A DNA stretch of 60,000 nucleotides, taken from Mobula hypostoma (Eukaryota). Shown here one piece after another: positions 50,671 to 60,000 of the stretch (position 1 is its first letter; every line of letters starts with the position of its first letter). The DNA lies in the NCBI RefSeq assembly GCF_963921235.1, contig NC_086118.1, forward strand, positions 22,880,001 through 22,940,000, read 5' to 3'. Below the pieces are notes generated by a model. That model was not told the origin of the DNA, did not search any database, and was given only the letters and a program-made list of their open reading frames with translations. The position numbers were made by a program, and so were the translations under genes.

Positions 50671-52747
50671 ACATAGAAACATAGAAACATAGAAAATAGG
50701 TGCAGGAGTAGGCCATTCGGCCCTTCGAGCCTGCACCACCATTTATTATGATCATGGCTGATCATCCAACTCAGAACCCCGCCCCAGCCTTCCCTCCATA
50801 CCCCCTGACCCCCGTAGCCACAAGGGCCATATCTAACTCCCTCTTAAATATAGCCAATGAACTGGCCTCAACTGTTTCCTGTGGCAGAGAATTCCACAGA
50901 TTCACCATTCTCTGTGTGAAGAAGTTTTTCCTAATCTCGGTCCTAAAAGGCTTCCCCTCTATCCTCAAACTGTGGCCCCTCGTTCTGGACTTCCCCAACA
51001 TCGGGAACAATCTTCCTGCATCTAGCCTGTCCAATCCCTTTAGGATCTTATACGTTTCAATCAGATCCCCCCTCAATCTTCTAAATTCCAACGAGTACAA
51101 GCCCAGTTCATCCAGTCTTTCTTCATATGAAAGTCCTGCCATCCCAGGAATCAATCTGGTGAACCTTCTTTGTACTCCCTCTATGGCAAGGATGTCTTTC
51201 CTCAGATTAGGGGACCAAAACTGCACACAATACTCCAGGTGTGGTCTCACCAAGGCCTTGTACAACTGCAGTAGTACTTCTCTGCTCCTGTACTCGAATC
51301 CTCTCGCTATAAATGCCAGCATACCGTTCGCCTTTTTCACCGCCTGCTGTACCTGCATGCCCACTTTCAATGACTGGTGTATAATGACACCCAGGTCTCG
51401 TTGCACTTCCCCTTTTCCTAATCGGCCACCATTCAGATAATAATCTGTTTTCCTATTTTTGCCACCAAAGTGGATAACTTCACATTTATCCACATTAAAT
51501 TGCATCTGCCATGAATTTGCCCACTCACCCAACCTATCCAAGTCACCCCGCATCCTCTTAGCATCCTCCTCACAGCTAACACTGCCACCCAGCTTCGTGT
51601 CATCCGCAAACTTGGAGATGCTGCATTTAATTCCCTCATGCAAGTCATTAATATATATTGTAAACAACTGGGGTCCCAGCACTGAGCCTTGCGGTACCCC
51701 ACTAGTCACCGCCTGCCATTCTGAAAAGGTCCCATTTATTCCCACTCTTTGCTTCCTGTCTGCTAACCAATTCTCCACCCACACCAATACCTTACCCCCA
51801 ATACCGTGTGCTTTAAGTTTGCACACTAATCTCCTGTGTGGGACCTTGTCAAAAGCCTTTTGAAAATCCAAATATACCACATCCACTGGTTCTCCCCTAT
51901 CCACTCTACTAGTTACATCCTCAAAAAATTCTATGAGATTCGTCAGACATGATTTTCCTTTCACAAATCCATGCTGACTTTGTCCGATCATTTCACCGCT
52001 TTCCAAATGTGCTGTTATCACATCCTTGATAACTGACTCCAGCAGTTTCCCCACCACCGACGTTAGGCTAACCGGTCTATAATTCCCCGGTTTCTCTCTC
52101 CCTCCTTTTTTAAAAAGTGGGGTTACATTAGCCACCCTCCAATCCTCAGGAACTAGTCCAGAATCTAACGAGTTTTGAAAAATTATCACTAATGCATCCA
52201 CTATTTCTTGGGCTACTTCCTTAAGCACTCTAGGATGCAGACCATCTGGCCCTGGGGACTTATCTGCCTTCAATCTCTTCAATTAACCTAACACCACTTC
52301 CCTACTAACATGTATTTCACTCAGCTCCTCCATCCCACTGGACCCTCTGTCCCCTACTATTTCTGGAAGATTATTTATGCCCTCCTTAGTGAAGACAGAA
52401 CCAAAGTAATTATTCAATTGGTCTGCCATGTCCTTGCTCCCCATAATCAATTCACCTGTTTCTGTCTGCAGGGGACCTACATTTGTCTTTACCAGTCTTT
52501 TCCTTTTTACATATCTATAAAAGCTTTTACAATCCGTTTTTATGTTCCCTGCCAGTTTTCTCGCATAATCTTTTTTCCCCATCCTAATTAAGCCCTTTGT
52601 CCTCCTCTGCTGAACTCTGAATTTCTCCCAGTCCTCAGGTGAGCCACTTTCTCTGGCTAATTTGTATGCTTGTTCTTTGGAATTGATACTATCCCTAATT
52701 TCTCTTGTCAGCCACGGGTGCACTACCTTCCTTGATTTATTCTTTTT
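50671..52747 (-). mobile_element. Young 5'-truncated CR1 LINE (~2.1 kb) inserted into an older CR1 (50440-50670 and 52748-52870)
   Basis: Continuous ORF2 frame, 3'UTR and (tttctatg)n tail. Confidence 0.95.
50771..52723 (-). pseudogene. CR1 ORF2 reverse transcriptase region, lacking the endonuclease, with one in-frame stop at 52283-52285
   Basis: KSPGPDG, NYRPVSLTS, QHGF, YLDFQKAFDKV, GVPQGSVLGP and KFADDTK motifs; 146-aa and 503-aa ORFs abut in frame across a TAA. Confidence 0.95.
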
Positions 52748-53034
52748 TCATGTTCCCTTCTATCAACGTTCCTTGTCACGTGCTCGGAGAATTAGAACAA
52801 ATTTTTGTCAAACATGATTTACCTTTCATAAGACCATGTTTGGCTAGGTTAGATTGTACACAGCTTTCTTAAATGATTAGTTTTTTTTCAGAGCTCTGAC
52901 TTCAGATTTTCAGCATCTAAATACCTTCCTTTTCAATTATTTATAAACTAGATATAGAGTTTTCTTTAATTAGTGTCTTCTCTATGTTCTCTGTAACTGT
53001 TACCTACAAATGTCCATGTTATCTTTCAAAATAC

Positions 53035-53230
53035 TGGCATGGACTTGATTTCAGTCAAGTCTTTAAATAAACCACTGTCTCTCCTTCAGATGAGGTTAAC
53101 AAGGTGGTCCCACATACCTACTTGAGTGGTTGAAGTTGATAATAAAGACTCGCATGACACATCCAAGGCAGAGGACAAAGTTCTTTAGCCTTCTAGTTAA
53201 TACACCTTCTCAACCAGCAGCAGATAAACA
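53035..53230 (+). mobile_element. Ancient Deu-domain-like SINE remnant
   Basis: ccttcagatgaggttaacaaggtggtccc...taaagactcgcatgacac...cttctcaaccagca resembles the DeuSINE core; a similar remnant lies at ~29250-29400. Confidence 0.4.
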
Positions 53231-54689
53231 AAATGCTAATTAATGGTGCCGAATAGTTAACATTGCCCTGTATAACTCTCAGAGTCAGCTAATTTACTTC
53301 TTGTCCAAACAGAAGGAGATATTCGTGAAGTTCAGTAGAATTTGACGTAAATGTACATTTTCCTTGTGGTCGCAATCACCTTTCAATGACACTCCAGAAT
53401 AAAAAGCTGATCAGAGGAACATCTCAGCTGAGAAATTAGCAGCACCATTCTCTTTACTTTCGGTTAATTTTTACTGGTACATCAAAAGGGTATCACTGGG
53501 ATTTTGAGATTGAAGAGAAAGGGGGAAGGGAAGAAGGACCCCTCAGTCAATTAGTTTTGCACTGCATGAGTGTGGCAAATAATATTTCTCATTTATCAGA
53601 TCTGGCAGGTATCCAATTAATTTATTTTACACTTGTCTCTCTTTCTGATTTTCCCCAATGATTTATGAAACACACTGATGCAGTATGACTGTACCTTCTC
53701 TGTAAGTTCCTTTGTTTCAGGGTTCAATCTAATGCCGCATTTGATTTTTGTGAGAGGAAACAGTTTCATCAAAAGCAATATATTATTTCCCGTTAGAAAG
53801 TGATGCAAGGTCCACCATTTTGTCCCTAATTTCCAATATCTATTTCCACTCTCCACCAATATTGTAGTGACAATTACTTCCTTGCAATAACTGCATATTT
53901 TCCAATTCCAAATTCTTTACTCTTGCTTTCTCAGCTTTGGGGATTAATTCAAAACTTACAAACTCTGCCTGTACTTTAATGGTCTGAAAGAACTGTGAAT
54001 GCACGTGGTAATATTCTGACTAAAATCTGCGCTCTCGGTATTTAATGGTCTTGAGGTGCAAATGTTATGGGGTGTTCTTAATCAGTTACTCTATTAAAAC
54101 TATTAAATTTCTAAGCCTCTAATATGTACTGAAGGACTTGCTGCTTTGTTCACTTACGGTTTAATAGATGTGCAGCTGATGGTTTTAGAAACTTTAGGAT
54201 CATTCAACAGGAGCAGGCAGAAGCCTCGTAGAAGAATCACATATTCTGTCAAGTTAGCCACCCACCTGCCCCATCAGCTTCCTCTTGCCCAGCCTGAGGA
54301 GGAGTCTATGGTTCCTACGCTGGTTTCATCAGCCTCCTCTGAACTCACAGAACTGGAGCGGAATTAAATAATCCTCAAACCCACAAGACTGCCTAAGAAG
54401 AGAAGAGATTTGCAACAACCTCATTGTGATATCGCTGTTTCGTGATATATAGGAACAAACTAAGCCTTAGGAATATAGGAATCATTTCCTGTTTATCAAA
54501 ATTGTAAATGCTGTTGTTAATTAACATGCAACATAAATGGTTAATCTAGTATACCTTTAAAATCAGAATCAGGTTTAATATCACATGCATATGTCGTGAA
54601 ATTCGTTAACTTTGCAGCGGCAGAACAATGCAATACATGATAAATATAAAAAAACTGTGAATTACAGTAGATATATACATACATATGTA

Positions 54690-55365
54690 TGTAACTCTCT
54701 CACCGGGGCTCATATACAAAACTCAGCTCGTTAGCTAACTCTGCTAACAGTCACGTGACTCAGCAGTGAAAAGGCCACCTTTCATAAACAATATACATCT
54801 AGGGTCAGTATGATTTGGGGTTCAACCAAACAGGAACGCCGTGATATTTCAATTAAATGGAACTGTGAAAATACTACGTACACAATTATTGGTCGGCAAG
54901 AAACTTGTGCATTTATGTGGATGGTACACCGCATAAAATGATATAAGAAAGTGCATTTATCAATTTTAGCTTTATCACGCAGTTACCCACGGTCTGTGTG
55001 AAAGCACCCGCCACATTCCAAACTTCCCTCAAAATCCATCTCAAACAAACAGGTTCTCTCTCAGGAGTATTGGCCCTTCTTCCTTGGAGCCATTCATCTG
55101 CGCAAAGCACTTCTTGCAACGGGAACTCTCCTTCCAACGGCATACTGCGGCATCTTCCCTTGTACCCCGCTCCACTCTGCAGCTCCCGTCAAAAGACCCC
55201 AAACTAAGCTACAGAAAACCCTTCCCCACAGGTCTCTCGAACCTTCTCTCATATTCCACATTCCTGATTGGCTGACTCACATTCCTAAGTTGGATAACAT
55301 GGGTCCTTATCTTAGTCGAAGCCAAAACACACTTTCCAGCATGGCACACTGCTGTTACAGAAAAC
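54690..55365 (-). mobile_element. Probable solo LTR (possibly truncated)
   Basis: TGTAAC at 54690 and GTTACA at 55354-55359; reverse CCAAT box (gattggctga); no TSD seen. Confidence 0.45.
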
Positions 55366-55399
55366 TGATTCAGCTAATCGATTTCTTGTCCAAACACAA

Positions 55400-55960
55400 G
55401 AGATGGCAAGTGCTGGAATCTGGGGCAGAAAACAAACTTCTGGGAGAAATCAATGTGTCAGGTGACATATATGAAGGCACACAAGTTCCCTTCTCTCTCC
55501 TTCTGAACAACATAGAGTTTCTCAAACCCCTCTTTCCAAACCACTTCACCTAGCTCATGTTTTCGCTTTTATTTCCCTTCCTTCACCTGGCTCCAACTGC
55601 CCATTACCAATGCACCTTACAGAATTAGCCTCATATCCTCTCTCCCATTAGTTCTATCTTCCCACCTCCCTTTTCTTTTCACAGAAACCAGAATAAGGTA
55701 TACTTCTGTTGTCTCCACTGATCATCTTCATGCCTCCAACTTCTCCACCCTCCTTTCCCATATATCTGCCTGGTCCATCTGCTCATTGCCTGGTTCCTCC
55801 TATCACCTACCTGCCCCTGTCTCACCCTTCCCCCTCATTCCTTCATACTAGCTATCTCCCCTCTACACTCTCAGTCCTGATACAGGGTCTTCACTCAAAT
55901 GTCGATTATTCCTTTGCATCCACAAATGCTGCCTGATCCATTGAGTTCTTCCAAAGACTT
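55400..55960 (+). mobile_element. Penelope-derived repeat with inverted terminal segment and decayed hammerhead
   Basis: Inverted arm at ~55405-55475, pyrimidine-rich body, cagtcctgatacagggtcttcactcaaatgtcga at ~55872-55904. Confidence 0.6.
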
Positions 55961-56489
55961 GGTTCAAAATGACCAGATTATGCACATAGAATCATGACTC
56001 TTTCTCTTCAGGTCCACCAAAAGCACCAAAACAGCATGTCAATAGCCTGCCCTGTCACATTTCTTCTGGCAAATTGTCCTTCATTGCACGTGAGCAATGA
56101 ATGTGCAAATGGTACACAAAAGGCAAAGCTCCAAACATTTGCTGAACTTACGGGAAAATCTAGAAATCATTAAATCTTAGAATAATATGACTGAGAATGC
56201 ACCCATAGAACTGAGCATATCATATATTATGACTCTGATGGACTTTTGTATGGGACACAATTGTTAGTTTAATATTGACTATTCTCAATAAAAAAAAATT
56301 GTCAGTTGACTGCCCCAAATTTACTATTTGCCTTAGTGAACTGGAACACAAAAGAACCCAAGAACACTGCGATAACGAAGCAGTAAGTAATTGATGGTTC
56401 TCTTAAATATCCAGGTGTGGGCTATGGCATACTGTTCATTAACTGTTCATGCCAGATTCAAGTTCGCAGATGAGCTGTTGTTGACTGAA

Positions 56490-57040
56490 TCAAAGGTGAT
56501 GATGAAAGAAAGAGAAGGGAGATTGAAAATCTGGTTAAATAGTGCCACAACAATGGTTCACTGAGCATCAGCAAAACAAAAGAGCTGATAATTGACTACA
56601 GGAGGAAGAAATTGGGTGTCTGTAAGTCAATGCTCAATTGGGGATTGGAGAAGGGGAGTGTCACTAACCTTAAATTTCTGAGGATTTGTGCTGGAACCAA
56701 CACATAAATACCATTCCAAAGAAAGCAAGGCAATGCGTCTACTTTTATGGAGCTTGTGCAGATTCAGCATTTCATCTATACCTCTGACAAACTTCTATCG
56801 ATGCACAGTGGAGAGCCTCCCGACTCGTTTCATCATGGCTTGGTATGGAAGCACAGGTGCCCAAGAATGGAAAAGCCTACAAAAAGTGGTGGATACAGCC
56901 TCGTCCATCACAGGAAAAGCCCTCTCCACAGTGAATACATCTACAAAGAGCACAGCCACCAGAAAGCAGCATCTACCTTCATGGATCCCCACCATCTAAG
57001 CCTTGCTTTCTTCTCACTGCCACCATCAGGAAGGAGGCAT
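56490..57040 (+). mobile_element. Rex1-like LINE 3' fragment (resumes at ~59190-59380 and ~59930-60000)
   Basis: 'LTNFYRCTVESLPTRFIMAWYG...LQKVVDTASSITG' and 'FFSLPPSGRRHR'. Confidence 0.8.
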
Positions 57041-59187
57041 AGAATCAGAATCAGGTTTATTATCACCAGACATGAAACTTGTTAGTTTAGCAGCAGCAGA
57101 TCATTGCAATGCATAATCTAGCAGAGAAAAATTTAATAAATAACATAAAAATAATAGTAGTAAATAAACAAGTAAATCAATTATGTACATTGAGTAGATT
57201 GTTTTAAACATGCAAAAACAGAAATACTGTATATTAAAAAAAAGCGAGGTAGTGCCCAAGGGTTCAATATCCATTTAGGAATCAGATGGCAGAGGGGAAG
57301 AAGCTGTTCCTGTATCGCTGAGTGCGTGCCTTCAGGCTTCTGTACCTCCTACCTGAATGTTACAGTGAGAAAAGGGGCATGCCTTGGGTGCTGGAGGTCC
57401 TTAATAATGGATGCTGCTTTTCTGAGACTCCGCTCCCTGAAGATGTCCTGGGTACTTTGTAGGCTAGTACCCAAGACGGAGCTGACTGGATTTACAACCA
57501 TCTGCCGCTTCTTTCGGTCCTGTGCTACCCCTCCATATCAGACAGTGATGCAGCCTGTCAGAATGCTTTCCACGGTACAACTATAGAAGTTTTTGAGTGT
57601 ATTTGTTGACTTGCCAAATCGCTTCAAACTCCTAATAAAATATAGCCACTGTCTTGCCTTCTTTATAACTACATCAATATGTTGGGACCAGGTTATATCC
57701 TCAGAGATCTTGACACCCAGGAACTTGAATCTGCTCACTCTCTCCACTTCTGATCCCTCTGTGAGGATTGGTATGTGTTCTTTTGTCTTACCCTTCCTGA
57801 AGTCCACAATCAGCTCTTTCGTCTTACTGACGTTGAGTGCCAGGTTGTTGCTGTGACATCGTTCCATAGTTGACATATCTCACTCCTGTATGCCTTCTCA
57901 TAACCACCTGAGATTCTACCAACAATGGTTGTATCGTCAGCAAATTTATAGACGGTATTTGAGCTATGCTTAGCCACACAGTCATGTGTATATAGAGAGT
58001 AGAGCAGTGGGCTAAGCACGCACCCGTGAGGTGTGCTAGTGTTGATCGTCAGCGAGGAGGATTTGTTAGGATGACACGTATAAAATCCTAAAGGGATTGG
58101 ACAGGCTAGATGCAGGAAGATTGTTCCCGATGTTGGGGAAGTCCAGAACGAGGGGTCACGGTTTGAGGACAAAGGGGAAGCCTTTTAGGACCGAGATTAG
58201 GAAAAACTTCTTCACACAGAGAGTGGTGAATCTGTGGAATTCTCTGCCACAGGAAACAGTTGAGGCCAGTTCATTGGCTATATTTAAGAGGGAGTTAGAC
58301 ATGGCCCTTGTGGCTACGGGGATCAGGGGGTATAGAGGGAAGGCTGGTGCAGGGTTCTGAGTTGGATGATCAGCCATGATCATAATAAATGGCGGTGCAG
58401 GCTCGAAGGGCCGAATGGCCTACTCCTGTACCTATTTTCTATGTTTCTATGTTTATCACCAATCGCACAGACTGTGGTCTTCTGGTTAGGAAGCCGAGGA
58501 TCCAATTGCAGAGGGAGGTACAGAGACCCAGGTTCTGCAACTTCTCAGTCAGGATTGTGGGAAAGATGGTATTAAATGCTGAGCTATAGTCGATGAACAG
58601 CATCATGATGTAGGTGTTTGTGTTGTCCAGGTGGTCGAAAGCCATGTGGAGAGCCATTGAGATTGTGTCTGCCATTGACCTATTATGGCAATAGGCAAAT
58701 TTCAATGGGTCCAGGTCCATGCTGAGTCAGGAGTTCAGTTTAATCATGACCAATCTCTCAAAGCATTTGATCACTGTCGATGTGAGTGCTACCAGGCGAT
58801 AGTCATTAAGGCAGCCCACATTATTCTTCTTAGGCACTGGTATAATTGTTGCCTTTTTGAAGCAAGTGGGAAATTCTGCCCGTAGCAGTGAGAGGTTGAA
58901 AATATCCTTGAATACTCCTGCTAATTGCTTGACACAGGTTTTCAGAGCTTTACCAGGTAATTGATCCATCGGGACCTTCTGACTTGCGAGGGTTCACTCT
59001 CTTTAAGACAGCCTAACATTGGCCTCTGAGACAGAGATCACAGGGTCATCAGGTGCAGCAGGAATCTTCACAGCTGTAGTTGTGTTCTCCCTTTCAAAGC
59101 GGGCATAGAAGGCATTGAGTTCATCTGGTAGTGAAGCATCGCCGCCATTCATGCTATTGGATTTCATTTTGTAGGAAGTAATGTCTT
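57041..59187 (-). mobile_element. Rex1/Babar-like LINE (RT region, frameshifted) interrupted by a CR1 3' end
   Basis: 'DIFNLSL...[13 protein letters not shown]...[11 protein letters not shown]', '[12 protein letters not shown]', 'GCVLSPLLYSLYTHDC...KFADDTT'. Confidence 0.9.
58077..58453 (+). mobile_element. Young CR1 3' end, same family as 50671-52747
   Basis: Peptide DRLDAGRLFPMLGKSRTRGH...GKAGAGF and 3'UTR nearly identical to the long copy. Confidence 0.95.
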
Positions 59188-59382
59188 GGAAGGAGCCTTA
59201 GGTCCCGCACCACCAGGTTTAGGAACAGTTGTTACCCTTTAACCATCAGGCTCCTGAACCAGCGTGGATAACTTCACTCACCACCACTCTGAACTAATCA
59301 TTGAACACAGCATTTGAACTCACTTTCAAAGACCCTACAACTTATGCTCTCAATTTTATTTATTTACTTATTATTATTATAA

Positions 59383-59930
59383 CTTCAAGTCATGTCAAGT
59401 TTATTGTCATTTAACTACATACACGTATATAACATATATAACCATATAATTCATATATTATCGAGACATCGTGTCTTTGAACGAGGGTGTAAAGCACAGT
59501 AGTACACATAACACACATAACACACAATAACGTGAATGTAAGGATAAAATCTACAGATGAATCACACAGAAATAACAAACTAAAGTGCCTTAATATTAAA
59601 TATGATAAGGTACAGAACAGATTATCAGTGACACTTGAAATACGATGTGGCAGGGAATTCAGAAGCCTAAAGGTCTGGGGGAAGAAACTTTTCTTGTGTT
59701 ATGCACTGTAGTCTGGCTGATGGTAGAATATCAAAGAGGGTGCTGGGTGGGTGGGTGGGGTCCTTAATAACACTGAGAGCCCTGCGTACACAGTGCTCCT
59801 CATAACTGGCAGGGAGACCCATATGATCCTCTCAGCTGTTCTCACAGTCCTTTGCAGGGACTTCTGGTCCGATGCTTGACTGCTCCCATACCAGATGGAG
59901 CTGCAACTTGTCAGGACACTCTCAATGGTA
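59383..59930 (-). mobile_element. Rex1-like LINE 3' fragment
   Basis: caagtcatgtcaagtttattgtc tail; cccataccagatggagctgcaacttgtcaggacactctcaatggt resembles other copies. Confidence 0.7.
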
Positions 59931-60000
59931 CTTGTTTCTTTTTGTATTTGTACAATGTGTCGCTCTTTGTTTGTGTGTAGTTTTTCATTGAATCTATTGC

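Noticed and set aside
50748..51863. 230-aa and 134-aa + strand ORFs
   Set aside because: Antisense frames of the CR1 reverse transcriptase, a common artefact
1..60000. CRISPR array, prokaryotic operon or viral gene cluster
   Set aside because: No regularly spaced repeat-spacer pattern or dense coding; repeats are dispersed eukaryotic transposable elements

Overview
Eukaryotic, AT-rich, repeat-dense genomic DNA, most likely from a cartilaginous fish (batoid/ray-like). That taxon is an inference from the repeat repertoire: CR1 and Rex1/Babar LINEs, V-type and Meta-type tRNA SINEs, and abundant Penelope-derived repeats. There is no prokaryotic operon, CRISPR array or rRNA. Nearly all ORF-track entries are retroelement fragments, their antisense frames, or chance ORFs. 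The only long intact ORF is the 503-aa reverse transcriptase of a young, 5'-truncated CR1 (50771-52282, minus strand). Main points: (1) candidate 3' exons of an unidentified + strand host gene (7989-8138, 15435-15469, 18699-18929) followed by a repeat-free 3'UTR-like tract; (2) about a dozen Penelope-type repeats carrying degenerate minimal type I hammerhead ribozyme motifs, some as fold-back palindromes; (3) a HERO-like restriction-like-endonuclease retroelement 3' end with a strongly self-complementary 3'UTR; (4) a three-copy ~680 bp non-coding retroposon family with a YY1-like 5' motif and a TAATC tail; (5) two three-level nested insertion clusters; (6) a diverged local duplication whose copies give reciprocal empty and filled insertion sites; (7) several homeodomain-motif-rich, repeat-free blocks that may be enhancers. 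Repeat boundaries were read by eye and are approximate, and family names were assigned from recognised motifs without a database search.
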